This document shows, one piece after another, positions 35,956-47,047 of a DNA stretch of 52,161 nucleotides. The number at the start of each line of letters is the position of its first letter. Within the stretch, counting starts at the first letter, position 1. The stretch spans positions 1-52,161 of the forward strand of contig CAYYBL010000003.1 of the NCBI GenBank assembly GCA_964470175.1, in the 5' to 3' direction. A program made the translations under genes and the position numbers. Origin of the DNA: an uncultured Lachnospiraceae bacterium. GTDB lineage: Bacteria; Bacillota; Clostridia; TANB77; CAG-508. The notes beneath the pieces were generated by a model. That model saw only the letters and a program-made list of their open reading frames with translations, was not told the DNA's origin and did not search any database.

Positions 35956-37531
35956 TTACCAAGGTAAATCATCTTCTGAAAGTTTGATTATATAATAATC
36001 ATTATATTTTCTTATACTTCCTTCTTCAGGCCAATTAGGCATTTTCTCCTTCAAAAGAAGTTCTCTTACTTCATTTATTTCATCTGGTCTACATGAAGTA
36101 TAGTCATATCCTAAGCATCTCCATACTCCTAGTATATTATCCGTACTATGTAGATAATATGGGTATGTTGCACAGTTATAGCTATACGATGAAGCTCCCA
36201 CCATTTCTCCTATAAGGCATGTACTGTTGAATGGTACTTCCTTACGTCCTATTAGCACAACTTTGCTATTTTCATTTATTCCTCTTGTCTGAAGATCTTT
36301 TATTATTTGGTTTGAAAGACTTATCTCATATTCTGTCTTATAGTTTTCTGTATAATAAAATCTTTGTGTGATACTCATTTGTGAACAGAAAACGAGAAAT
36401 ATTAGTAGTAATGGTGCAAACTTGATAAATCTATTCTTAAATCCATAATACGTTGCAAACATTATCAAAAATGCTTCTGTAAACGGAAGTACAAGTTGAG
36501 ATCTATATAATGGCACTCCTCCTTGCACCACACATAAATAAAATGGTGTCATAAAGAAAGCAAAAAATGAAAGTACGTATAGTAGTTTATTGTAGTTTGA
36601 ATCTTTATCTTTTATCAATTTGTAGATAATTATTGCAACGCAAAGCGCTAATCCAAAGCTATATCCTAGATTATAATGCACTCCACTTCCAATCAAAACA
36701 TTTTTGATGTTGTCCAAAATTATCGTTACTATCTGCTTCTTTGACATAGTATGCCAATTTATTACATCATTATGCCCACTATATAGCATAAGGTTTCTTA
36801 TTATGAATTCGTATAGTACAAAAGATAGTACAAACATAAATATCAGTTTTATAATAACTTTCAGACTTGATCTCTTTTGTCTGTCATCACATAATAATAT
36901 AAATCCAAATATGCAAAGAGTGATATAAATAAAGACGAATGTTTGATAGGACGCAAAACTCATTATTGCACAGGGCAGACTCAGTAATGCATATATAAAA
37001 TTATTAGTCTTAATCCATGCAAACACCCACAAAATTCCGCAGCACTGTTATAAATGTAGCAAAGGCTATTTGAGCACATTGAAGTTTGAAATAAAACTGC
37101 TCTACGAATATAGGATGTGTAAAACAAATAAGTGGAATACATAAGTATATGAAGCCATAGTCTTTGCCACTAATCTTATAAAATGTATAATACATCATTA
37201 TACATGCAAGAACAATAAATATATACATTAAGACTCCTGCATAATATAATGAAAAAGGTTTTAAAAATAAAAAGTCTCTTTCCAGAAGCAACCCAAATCT
37301 TCCAATACCTTCCCAGTTGTAATCAAATTCTGGCTCTTGCACAAATACTTGTGTATCAATTCCAAAATTATTTGAAAAAATATATGAACCATGTGCTAAA
37401 GCTATAATTGCAAGAGTTATAGCAATTAGTGCACCATGATTTTTGCAATAATCAGCAAAATCCTTCAAACTTATAGAAAAATCTATATCAGACTTTGTAA
37501 ATTTTTTGACTTTTGTAAAAAATCCTTCCAT
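35956..37531 (-). pseudogene. Polytopic membrane protein (GtrII-like glucosyltransferase, tentative) split by a frameshift
   Basis: ORFs 37010..37531 and 35956..37032 are both multi-TM and overlap by 23 nt. The junction is AATTTTGTGGG (plus AAAA 37031-37034). Removing one T gives ...VLRNLWVFAWIK. Confidence 0.6.
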
Positions 37532-37555
37532 CTTCCCTCCAGGCTTACTTTTGGA

Positions 37556-39085
37556 TTAATTATCAGAGCGAGATTTATCTACTTCAAAATAAAATTCTAC
37601 CCCGTCTTTTTTATTTGTGACTCCATACTTATTTTCATACTTTGTCATTATTGCTTTGACAAGAGAAAGCCCTATACCAGAACCCCCCTTTGATCTGTCC
37701 CTAGACTCATCTGCTTTAAAAAATCTAGTCCAAATTCTATTTAGATTTTCTTCTGAAATTGAATCTCCTGTATTAAATACAGAAACTCTATATTTATTAT
37801 CTGCCTTTCTATCTTTGACACTTATTTTTATAAGTTTTTTGCCATCTTTTTCTTTTATATTTTTTATAGCATTTGTAAAATAGTTGCATAGTACTTCTTC
37901 TATATAAAAGTCATCTGCATACACATTTACTGGATTTTTTTCCTTAAATTCTACTTCTATATTGTTTTCTTTTAGAACTACTTTAGAATTTTTTACGACC
38001 TCATTTATAAGCTCTACTATATCAAAATCTCTATTATTAAACTTTCGCTCATCGTATTCAAGTTTTATAAGCTCTATAAGTCTTTTTACTAAGCTATCCA
38101 TTTTATTTGCTTCGTCCAAAATGACTTCTGTATAAAACTTTCTATCTTCCTCGTCAGTTACAACATTTTCATTTAGACCTTCTGCATAGCCTTGTATCAA
38201 TGCAATTGGAGTCTTAAGTTCGTGAGAAACATCTGAAATAAACTGCTTCCTCATCTCATCAATCTTTGACTTTTCTTCTATATCTTTTTCAAGCTCTATG
38301 TTTGTGATTTTTAATTGATTGATTGTCGACTCGAGCTTATCAGATAAAGTATTTATGCTTCTTCCAAGCTCATTTATCTCATCTTCACTATCATTTACTC
38401 TATATTTTCTACTGAAATTAAGATTACTCATTTCATTAGCTATATCATTAAGCTCTTCTATCGGCTTTGAAAATCTATCAGTAATAAACGTGATTGCAAC
38501 CCATCCAAGTATGATAGACGCTACACCTAAGATAAATATAAATTTATTTGTAACGTTTGCTATTTGTTCTATAGGAGTGACAGAAATTCTTATGAAGATT
38601 TCATTTCCATTTTTTAGATTTCCCTTTAGCAATATATATGGAAATCCATTTTTCTTACTCACGACTTTTCTAATAGCTAGTTCTTCATTTGCATAGATAA
38701 TTTCAGATCTATTAAAAATACTATACTCTACATCATAATTTACATCGTTTATTGTACCAAAATCTTGTGAAAAGTTTTTATTAGTACAATAAATAACATT
38801 TTGAGCTTCATCCAAAATCACAATCTCAAAACTATTATTTACTTCTTGCTTTTCAAGTTCATATAAATACTCGTTTTGATTTGATTCAATAACCTTTGGA
38901 AAGTTGTCGTTAATAAAATCAAACACTCTAAGCGATGCATTCTTTTTTGAATAATAGTACACCGTCTCTAAGACAGCATTACTAATAATTATAAAGAATG
39001 CAATTATCATTATTATAACAACGCACAGTATTAAAAATAGCTTTGTATGTATAGAATTTAAAAATTTATTATTTTTTAATTTCAA
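37556..39085 (-). CDS. Sensor histidine kinase (two TM, HAMP, HisKA, HATPase_c)
   Basis: H-box SHELKTPIA. N-, G1- and G2-type motifs (NAIKN, VFNTGD, GGSGIGLSL). Confidence 0.9.
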   Translation of the reverse strand: MKLKNNKFLNSIHTKLFLILCVVIIMIIAFFIIISNAVLETVYYYSKKNASLRVFDFINDNFPKVIESNQNEYLYELEKQEVNNSFEIVILDEAQNVIYCTNKNFSQDFGTINDVNYDVEYSIFNRSEIIYANEELAIRKVVSKKNGFPYILLKGNLKNGNEIFIRISVTPIEQIANVTNKFIFILGVASIILGWVAITFITDRFSKPIEELNDIANEMSNLNFSRKYRVNDSEDEINELGRSINTLSDKLESTINQLKITNIELEKDIEEKSKIDEMRKQFISDVSHELKTPIALIQGYAEGLNENVVTDEEDRKFYTEVILDEANKMDSLVKRLIELIKLEYDERKFNNRDFDIVELINEVVKNSKVVLKENNIEVEFKEKNPVNVYADDFYIEEVLCNYFTNAIKNIKEKDGKKLIKISVKDRKADNKYRVSVFNTGDSISEENLNRIWTRFFKADESRDRSKGGSGIGLSLVKAIMTKYENKYGVTNKKDGVEFYFEVDKSRSDN

Positions 39086-39755
39086 ATTTATATCCTATCC
39101 CTCTTATAGTTTCTATATATTTTCCTTTTTTACCAAGTTTTTTCCTAATCTTTTTGATATGACTATCTATAGTCCTAGAATCACCATAATAGTCATAATT
39201 CCAAACTGTATTTAAAATCTTATCACGTGAAAGTGCAATGTTTTCATTCTCTACTAAGTACTTTAAAAGTTCATATTCTCTAAAACTAAATTCTACATTC
39301 TTCCCATCTACTGTAACGGTATGGCCTTCATCATCTATCACAATTCCGCCATATTCTTTTACTTCCCTTATGTCATCCATTGCCCTCTTTAGTATTGCCT
39401 CTACTCTTGCAACCAAAATCTTTGGACTAAATGGCTTTGTGATATATTCATCTACTCCAAGCTCAAATCCAAAAAGTTCATCTTGCTCTTCTGCTCTTGC
39501 TGTAAGCATTACAACAGGAAGCTTTTTGTTTTCTTGACGTATCTGACGAAGTACAGACCATCCATCAAGCTTTGGCATCATTACATCAAGTAAAATAATA
39601 TTTATCTTTTCTTTATTGTCATTATATACTTTAAGTGCTTCTTCCCCATCTTCAGCTTCTAAAATATTATAATTTTTTTGTTTGAAAAAATCCTTTATGA
39701 GTTTTCTCATCCTTAGTTCATCATCTACTACAAGAATATTTATTTGACTTCCCAT
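39069..39755 (-). CDS. OmpR-family response regulator
   Basis: Receiver domain LVVDDE...LLDVMMPKLDG. Winged-helix C-terminus TIRGIGYKF. Overlaps the kinase gene by 17 nt. Confidence 0.92.
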   Translation of the reverse strand: MGSQINILVVDDELRMRKLIKDFFKQKNYNILEAEDGEEALKVYNDNKEKINIILLDVMMPKLDGWSVLRQIRQENKKLPVVMLTARAEEQDELFGFELGVDEYITKPFSPKILVARVEAILKRAMDDIREVKEYGGIVIDDEGHTVTVDGKNVEFSFREYELLKYLVENENIALSRDKILNTVWNYDYYGDSRTIDSHIKKIRKKLGKKGKYIETIRGIGYKFEIKK

Positions 39756-39817
39756 AAGATACCTCCGCTTACAAATATATTTTACTTATATAATAGAATT
39801 ATGTCCGTATTGTGAAA

Positions 39818-41581
39818 TTATACTAAATTTTCAAGTTCATTTAATTTATCTTCAAAATATTTAAATGCAACCCTATATGTCTCTTCTTTTTCAAGGTCTA
39901 CATCTACCATTTTAAGAAGTGTAAGTGAATCTTTGCTACCACCCAAGCTTAGCATTTCCTTATACCTATCTATATAGCCTTCTTTATGTGCTAATATATT
40001 TGATGCAATTACTATAGCAGATGTTATACCTGTTGCATATTTATATACATAAAATGGTGAATAGAAGTGTGGTATCCTTGCCCATTCATACCTTATCTCT
40101 TCATTTATAATGCAGCTATCTCCAAAATATCTTGTAACCAATTCCTTGTATATATCGCATATTTCTTCTGCATTTATGCTCTTGCCTTCTTCTACTATGC
40201 CGTGTACTTTTTCCTCAAACTCTGCAAACATGGTCTGCCTTACTAAAGTTGCCCTAATCATGTCTAGCTGCTCATTTATAAGCTCCGCTTTTTTTCTACT
40301 ATCCGTTTCTCTTTCTATCTGATAATTTGCAAGTAGTATCTCATTTACAGTAGATGCAACCTCTGCAACCATTATAGTATAATTTGCATTTATCACATTT
40401 TGTGAGCTATGAGAATAAAATGTATGCATTGCATGACCAAGTTCATGTGCTATAGTAGATACATCTCTTGATGAATTGATATAGTTTAGAAGCACATAAG
40501 GATGCACTCCATATACTCCCATACAATATCCGCCGCCTCTTTTATTGTCTTTCTTATATACATCTATCCATCTATTATCAAATGCTTCTCTAAGTTTATC
40601 TGTATAATCATTTCCAAGTACAGAAAGTGCATCTAGAACCTCTCTTTTTGCCTCTTCATAATCTATATTTTCCTCTTCCTTTGAAAGAGTATTTACGTAT
40701 ACATCATATAGATTTACCTTTTCTTTTCCCATAAGCCTTGCTTTTAGTGCAATATATCTATGATTTAATGAAAGCGCTTTATCCATTTCACTTACCAAAG
40801 TCTTATATACGGCTATATTTGAATCATCATGGTCTGTCGCTCTATCTAGGCTCGATTCATAATTTCTTAGCTTACTAGTAATCGTAGCAGCCTTTACTCT
40901 TCCAAGATATAGTTCTGTAATTGTATTTATATGTCTTTTATAAAGTGAATACATAGATTCAAATGCTTGCTTTCTCACGTTTTCACTTGGATCTTTCAAG
41001 TATTTTGAAAAAAGAGCTGCATCCATTTTAAGTTCGTTTCCATTATCATCTTTTATAGAAGGATAATCAAATTCCGTATCAGTAAAGATATCATATGCAT
41101 TTTCTGATACTGAAAAAACCTCTTGATACTTTGCAAGTATCTCTTCTGCCTCACTACTTAAGATATGTTTTTTACTTTTAATTACATCTCTTATAGTCTT
41201 CTCATATTCTTTTATTCTATAATCACAAAGATACTCTTCAAGTCTTTCATCAGGCAAACTACTTGTCTCTGGTGTAATAAAGCTTTCAACTTCAGAAAAC
41301 CTAGCTCCAAGCATTTCTGCCTCTTTATACATTTTTATACTATCCTGATTTGACATATCTTGATGATATCTAAGCATTGCGTATGCATAAATTTTTTCAT
41401 ATAGTTCTAAACACTTTTCCAAATTTTTATAACATTTATAAAACTCATCTACATTTTCTCCAAGCTTTCCCTTTGATTCTGAAAGTCTTTCTATGTAATT
41501 ATTAAGTTCAGCCTTAGCATTATTTAATGCCTCATCATTTTCAAAAATATGTCTCAAATCCCAATTTACACTTTCGTCCAT
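39818..41581 (-). CDS. pepF: Oligoendopeptidase F (M3B)
   Basis: HELGHAMH zinc motif. 587 aa. Confidence 0.9.
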   Translation of the reverse strand: MDESVNWDLRHIFENDEALNNAKAELNNYIERLSESKGKLGENVDEFYKCYKNLEKCLELYEKIYAYAMLRYHQDMSNQDSIKMYKEAEMLGARFSEVESFITPETSSLPDERLEEYLCDYRIKEYEKTIRDVIKSKKHILSSEAEEILAKYQEVFSVSENAYDIFTDTEFDYPSIKDDNGNELKMDAALFSKYLKDPSENVRKQAFESMYSLYKRHINTITELYLGRVKAATITSKLRNYESSLDRATDHDDSNIAVYKTLVSEMDKALSLNHRYIALKARLMGKEKVNLYDVYVNTLSKEEENIDYEEAKREVLDALSVLGNDYTDKLREAFDNRWIDVYKKDNKRGGGYCMGVYGVHPYVLLNYINSSRDVSTIAHELGHAMHTFYSHSSQNVINANYTIMVAEVASTVNEILLANYQIERETDSRKKAELINEQLDMIRATLVRQTMFAEFEEKVHGIVEEGKSINAEEICDIYKELVTRYFGDSCIINEEIRYEWARIPHFYSPFYVYKYATGITSAIVIASNILAHKEGYIDRYKEMLSLGGSKDSLTLLKMVDVDLEKEETYRVAFKYFEDKLNELENLV

Positions 41582-41724
41582 ATTATTCTCCTTTATTTTT
41601 ATTATAGTGTTATCTTACTATTAGAACTCAAATAATACAATATTTTTTTAGAATATTATAAGCCAAGTTGTTGTTTACATTTTGCCAAAATATGATATAA
41701 TTTAGGCATAAAAGGAGTATCAAA

Positions 41725-42249
41725 TTGAAATTAGATTCAGAAAATAATGAAAATAAAATATTGCTTCTATATACTCTAAGTAAAGTTGGAAGGCCTATAT
41801 CTCATAATGAATTCCTTGAACTTGTATCTTCTATCATAGATATAAATTATTTTGTCTTCCAAGAGTTTTTACTTGACCTTATTGAAGACGGCTATGTTGT
41901 TTCGTACAAAGAAAATGATATCGATATGTATGAAATTACAGAAGAAGGAAAAAAAGATATACTTCTTACGATTAATTTGATACCTGGAATTTTAAAACTT
42001 CAAATAGACAGTAAATTTAAAAAGAATCTAAATACTATAAATGATAAGTATTCAATATCTGCAGAATACCTTCCTGTGAATGAAAAAGAGTTTCTTATAA
42101 AATGCAAAATCATGGAGCATAGCAAACTACTTTTTAGCCTTGAACTTTCAGCAGGGTCAAAAACTGAAGCAAAGAATATTGTAGAAAACTGGAATAAAAA
42201 TGCTGGAGACATTTATCCACAAATATTAGATTTAATATCAAAAAGCTAA
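41725..42249 (+). CDS. DUF4364-like protein (tentative)
   Basis: 174 aa. TTG start with AAGGAG SD. The N-terminal LLLYTLSKVGRPISHNEFLELV...NYFVFQEFLLDLIEDGYV resembles DUF4364, recalled from memory only. Confidence 0.6.
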   Translation: MKLDSENNENKILLLYTLSKVGRPISHNEFLELVSSIIDINYFVFQEFLLDLIEDGYVVSYKENDIDMYEITEEGKKDILLTINLIPGILKLQIDSKFKKNLNTINDKYSISAEYLPVNEKEFLIKCKIMEHSKLLFSLELSAGSKTEAKNIVENWNKNAGDIYPQILDLISKS

Positions 42250-42268
42250 TATAAGCCTTATACTCATA

Positions 42269-43045
42269 TTAGCTTTTAAAATTTTCTTTTCTATATATTT
42301 CGTATAATATAACACTTGTCGCAACCGCAGCATTAAGGCTTTCTGCACGTCCCTTCATTGGGATTTTTATTTTGTCACTGGATACCTCTTGCACTTCTTT
42401 TGAAACACCATTTCCTTCATTTCCAATGACTATCGCAGACTTTTCAAAATCTGTCTCGTATATATTTTTCTCTGCTGCTAAATCAGTCGCATATACCTTG
42501 ATACCAAGCGATTTCATCTTCGAGATGATTTCTTTTAAATCAGCTCTAATTATCTTTACCCTAAAGCTTGCTCCCATCGTAGACCTGATGACTTTTGGAT
42601 TAAACTCATCAGCAGTTGTTTTACTTACTATTATCTGCTTATAGTCTAAGCTATCTGCTGTCCTGATTATAGTTCCCAAGTTTCCTGGGTCCTGTAAATT
42701 ATCAAGTAATAAAAAGTTATCAGCATTATAATCAATGTCATCAGCACTATACTTTGGTTTTTCAACTATTGCAAGTATACCTTGAGGAGTATTTACATTT
42801 GAAATACTTTCAAAAATATGGCTAGATACTAGAGCCACTTCCTGATTTTTTATTTTATCCAAAACGTCTTGATTATCAAAGCTCTCAGAAATAAGTACTT
42901 TTTTTATTTTGGCATTTTCTTCTAGAGCTTCATTTATCATTCTTGTTCCTTCTATGATAAATTCACCATACTCATCTCTATACTTTTTTTCATTAAGCTT
43001 TTTCACTCGTTTTACGAGTTCATTGTCTTTACTAGATACTATCAT
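42269..43045 (-). CDS. TrmH/SpoU-family RNA 2'-O-methyltransferase
   Basis: LDNLQDPGNLGTIIRTA, IGNEGNGVS, ESLNAAVATSVILYE. Confidence 0.88.
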   Translation of the reverse strand: MIVSSKDNELVKRVKKLNEKKYRDEYGEFIIEGTRMINEALEENAKIKKVLISESFDNQDVLDKIKNQEVALVSSHIFESISNVNTPQGILAIVEKPKYSADDIDYNADNFLLLDNLQDPGNLGTIIRTADSLDYKQIIVSKTTADEFNPKVIRSTMGASFRVKIIRADLKEIISKMKSLGIKVYATDLAAEKNIYETDFEKSAIVIGNEGNGVSKEVQEVSSDKIKIPMKGRAESLNAAVATSVILYEIYRKENFKS

Positions 43046-43055
43046 AAATCTCTCC

Positions 43056-44867
43056 TTAATTCATTTCAAACTTGATCTTTGGCTCTTTAAAGTCTGACAA
43101 ATCTTCCTCTACTCCAAGTATTTTATTCATTCTTTCTCTGTAACTTTTTATTACTTCTTTTTCTCTAACTTTACTTAGTATCTCATAAAACTCTTCTGGC
43201 ATTTCATTTATATTGTATTTTAATATTCTCATCCATTTCTCTATAGCATTTAATGCAGCATTTCGTGGCTGCATTGTTTTGCATAGAAGTCCTGATGCTA
43301 TTATATCTGTGCCAATTAAAGGAAAGTCACTTAAGTCTTGTATCATATATGTCAAAAAGTCACTGTTATCCATTATTATAGAATCTGGTGTACCAAAAAG
43401 ATGAGTAAAGTCTATCTTTTCTCTGACTATATTTAAAACTTCATCTCTTCTATCATCGTCAAGCAAAAGGTAATAGAATGCCTCCAAATGTTTTTCAGGA
43501 TTCTTCTCAAAAATCTCAAACACATCTTCATATATATCAAAATCATCTATATTATTGCTGATAATAAGAATGTTTTCCAAATTATCTGCTTCATATAACG
43601 CATTCCTTAGAAATTCTTTATTTCTACTATCATTTAATATATCTGTGATTTGTATATCAAGGTCACTATTTTGAAGCTCTACATCATTATAGTTTTCTAT
43701 ACTCGCAAGAAGAAGGTAAAAATCAAGGTTTTTCCTTTGAGCTCCATACTGATTTAGCACTCCATAGAAAAGTCCATTTTTATTATCATATATCGATATG
43801 CCCTTCCTTGGTCCTTCTTCCAAAAGTGCATATATTATATTAAATACTCCCTTAAATTCTTTATCTGACAATACTCTTTCAGATAAGATTTTTGGCAGGT
43901 CTAGCTTGTTTGCGACCACAATTCCAAGCCATCCATTTTCAACATCATTCTCACATCCATCTGTAAGAAGCCATTGCCTTATTTCTGGTGTAGCAGGCTC
44001 TATTCGCTCAATTATTTCTATCTTGCCATATCCATCAACCTTTTTTGCCATCTCAAAATATACGCTATCTCTATTTTCAACATTTGCAAGAGGAAACAAA
44101 GTATAGAAAGTAAATTCATTACATAAAGCAAGCCTCAAAAGCACCTTCTTTATCTCTGGATTTTCTTCAACATCAAAAAATTCGAAAATCGTGATACCTA
44201 TCTTTACACTCTCAATCTCTCTACTTGATATAAGCAAATGTACGCCAAATTTAAATAGTTCATTTGGATCTATTGTCTCTGTATTTTCTCTAATCCAATC
44301 TGTAAATTCATCAATAGTTGCAAGTATCGATTTTGATTTATTATTGTAGTAATAATGGTCTACCAAGCTCCTTTTTATATCAACATTTTCATCATTTAAA
44401 TCAAGAATAATATCTTTAAGCAAATCTAAGATATCCGGATCTTCCATTGGTTTCATACAATAATCTAAAAATCCATCTGCAAACCAAAGAGAATCTTCTT
44501 CCATATGTCTATATTTCTTTAAGTTAAAATAGAATGGAAGCTTACCATTATTATCAATCTTTTTTAGTATGTAATCATAAATAGAATCTCTTTGAATATC
44601 TGTACCTATAGCTTTTTCAGCATCTTCCTTAGACTTAAAACTTGCTATTACCCTCTTTGTATGACCTACTGGATATGGGACATCTTTTATATCATAAGTT
44701 TTTTTAGATATTATTTTTCCAATGGCTACTTCAGTCACTCTTTCAACTACAACAAAGTCGCCCACTTCTGCATCTTGGGTATAATCCTCATCTAAAATGT
44801 ATCTAGGATATAATCCCATCTCCTTATCTAAATATTCAATTTCTACATAACAATATTTTTCTTTCAT
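43056..44867 (-). CDS. Large hypothetical cytoplasmic protein (603 aa)
   Basis: Long ORF with tight spacing (7 nt after the tex stop, 10 nt before the trmH start). No TM segment or catalytic motif recognised. The C-terminal two thirds look helical and repeat-like. Confidence 0.7.
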   Translation of the reverse strand: MKEKYCYVEIEYLDKEMGLYPRYILDEDYTQDAEVGDFVVVERVTEVAIGKIISKKTYDIKDVPYPVGHTKRVIASFKSKEDAEKAIGTDIQRDSIYDYILKKIDNNGKLPFYFNLKKYRHMEEDSLWFADGFLDYCMKPMEDPDILDLLKDIILDLNDENVDIKRSLVDHYYYNNKSKSILATIDEFTDWIRENTETIDPNELFKFGVHLLISSREIESVKIGITIFEFFDVEENPEIKKVLLRLALCNEFTFYTLFPLANVENRDSVYFEMAKKVDGYGKIEIIERIEPATPEIRQWLLTDGCENDVENGWLGIVVANKLDLPKILSERVLSDKEFKGVFNIIYALLEEGPRKGISIYDNKNGLFYGVLNQYGAQRKNLDFYLLLASIENYNDVELQNSDLDIQITDILNDSRNKEFLRNALYEADNLENILIISNNIDDFDIYEDVFEIFEKNPEKHLEAFYYLLLDDDRRDEVLNIVREKIDFTHLFGTPDSIIMDNSDFLTYMIQDLSDFPLIGTDIIASGLLCKTMQPRNAALNAIEKWMRILKYNINEMPEEFYEILSKVREKEVIKSYRERMNKILGVEEDLSDFKEPKIKFEMN

Positions 44868-44874
44868 TATATAT

Positions 44875-47046
44875 TTACTTTCTTTCTCCAGTTGGATCTA
44901 AAAGACTTAGGTTTACTTTCTTTCTATCCATATCAATTTGATCAACATAGCATTTTACTATATCTCCTACACTCACTACTTCAAGTGGATGTTTGATATA
45001 TTTTCTGCTCATTTTTGAAATATGTATAAGTCCATCATCATGAAGACCAATGTCTACAAATGCTCCAAAGTCTACCACATTTCTTACTGTACCTTCTAGC
45101 TCCATACCCACATGCAAATCTTCTATTGTAAGTATGTTGCTTTTTAGAAGTGGCTTATCGAAGTCATCTCTATAGTCTCTGTTTGGTTGTTTTAAACATT
45201 TTACTATATCTTCTAGCGTAAATCTATCTACGCCATTTCTTTTTGCATATTCTTCTACATCTATTTGATTCAGTTTTTCGTTAAACTCTTTTTTTCCAAT
45301 ATCTTTAGGTTCCATTCCAGTGGTCTCAATAAGCTTTAATGCTATATCATAGCTTTCTGGATGTATAGGAGTTTCATCTAAAATATTATCTCCATCTATT
45401 ATACGCATAAATCCTATAGACTGCTCATATGTCTTGGCAGATAATATCTTCTTTTTAAGAAGTTCATCTCTTGATAAGATCTTTCCATTTGTTTCTCTAT
45501 ACTTTATGATTTTATCAATACTTGTCTTTGTAAGTCCAGATATATATTTAAGTATAGATGTACTTGCTGTATTTATATTTACACCTACTTGGTTTACTGT
45601 CTTTGATACCACAAAATCAAGTGAGTCATTAAGTTTCTTTTGATTTACATCATGTTGATACTGACCTACTCCAATGCTTTTTGAATCTATTTTTACAAGT
45701 TCACTTAGAGTATCTTGAAGCCTTCTTCCGATGCTTATAGCACTACGTTCTTCTACATGAAGTTTTGGAAACTCTGATATAGCAAGCTTTGACGCACTAT
45801 ATACAGAAGCACCAGCTTCACTTACTATAATGTACTCTACTTTTTTATCAGTATACTCACTGCACACTTCTGATACTAGTTTTTCGCTTTCTCTTGATGC
45901 AGTGCCGTTTCCTACAGCAATGATATCTATGTCATACTTCTTAATCAAATCCTCTATCACTTTTTTTGATTCAAGCCATTTGTTGTGAGGCTCATGTGGG
46001 TATATTTTCGATATATTTAAAACCTTTGAAGTCTTATCAATGACAGCAAGCTTGCATCCTGTCCTATATGCTGGGTCAAATCCAAGCACTATCTTGTCTT
46101 TTATAGGTGGTGTAAGAAGTAACTTCTCTAGGTTTTTTCCAAAGACATCGATTGCTCCATCTTCTGCATCTTCCTTTAGATCTGCTCTTATCTCTCTTTC
46201 AATAGATGGAAATATAAGTCTTTTGTATGAATCATCTATACTTTCTAATACATAAGGTGTAGCTGTACTGTCACTATCTTTTATAACTTTCTTCTCTAGA
46301 AAATTCATTATATGCTCTGTATCTACATCTATATCTACTGAAAGAATTTTTTCTTTTTCACCACGATTTATAGCAAGTATCCTGTACATCTTTGCATATT
46401 TTACTCTTTCACTATAATCGTAGTACATTTTGTATGTCTTATTTTCATCAAGCTTTTCACCATCTTTTTTTACTTTACTGCTTATAGTACCAAAGTTATA
46501 AATGTTGTTTCTTATGTATTTTCTATAATCTGCATTATCACTAATCCACTCTGCAATTATATATTTGGCACCTTGAATCGCTTCATCTTCATTTTTCACA
46601 TTTTCATTTATATATTTTTTTGCTTCAGCTCTGAAATCTGTATTTTTTGGAAATGTCATCATAAGTTTTGCAAGTGGTTCTAATCCATTTTTTATTGCTT
46701 CCGTAGCCTTTGTCTTTTTCTTTTCCTTGTATGGTCTATACAAATCCTCTACTTCTACAAGCTTTTCGCATTTCATGATTTCATTTTTTAGTTCTTCCGT
46801 AAGCATACCTTTTTCATCTATAAGCCTAATGACATCTTCTTTTCTAGCTAGCAGATTTACCTGATATGCGTATACTTCGTTTATCTTTCTTATTTGCTCT
46901 TCATCAAGAGCTCCTGTAGCTTCTTTTCTATAACGTGCAATAAATGGTACTGTATTTCCATCTTCTAAAAGCTTAAGTACACTAGAAACTTGAGCAGTCT
47001 TTACCCCTAAACCATTTGCAACTTCATCTATAATATTCTGATTCAT
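44875..47046 (-). CDS. tex: Tex-like transcription accessory protein with C-terminal S1 domain
   Basis: 723 aa. Tex N-terminal region (TVPFIARYRKE), YqgF-like region, HhH region, and S1 domain (GMELEGTVRNVVDFGAFVDIG). Confidence 0.92.
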   Translation of the reverse strand: MNQNIIDEVANGLGVKTAQVSSVLKLLEDGNTVPFIARYRKEATGALDEEQIRKINEVYAYQVNLLARKEDVIRLIDEKGMLTEELKNEIMKCEKLVEVEDLYRPYKEKKKTKATEAIKNGLEPLAKLMMTFPKNTDFRAEAKKYINENVKNEDEAIQGAKYIIAEWISDNADYRKYIRNNIYNFGTISSKVKKDGEKLDENKTYKMYYDYSERVKYAKMYRILAINRGEKEKILSVDIDVDTEHIMNFLEKKVIKDSDSTATPYVLESIDDSYKRLIFPSIEREIRADLKEDAEDGAIDVFGKNLEKLLLTPPIKDKIVLGFDPAYRTGCKLAVIDKTSKVLNISKIYPHEPHNKWLESKKVIEDLIKKYDIDIIAVGNGTASRESEKLVSEVCSEYTDKKVEYIIVSEAGASVYSASKLAISEFPKLHVEERSAISIGRRLQDTLSELVKIDSKSIGVGQYQHDVNQKKLNDSLDFVVSKTVNQVGVNINTASTSILKYISGLTKTSIDKIIKYRETNGKILSRDELLKKKILSAKTYEQSIGFMRIIDGDNILDETPIHPESYDIALKLIETTGMEPKDIGKKEFNEKLNQIDVEEYAKRNGVDRFTLEDIVKCLKQPNRDYRDDFDKPLLKSNILTIEDLHVGMELEGTVRNVVDFGAFVDIGLHDDGLIHISKMSRKYIKHPLEVVSVGDIVKCYVDQIDMDRKKVNLSLLDPTGERK

Positions 47047-47047
47047 T

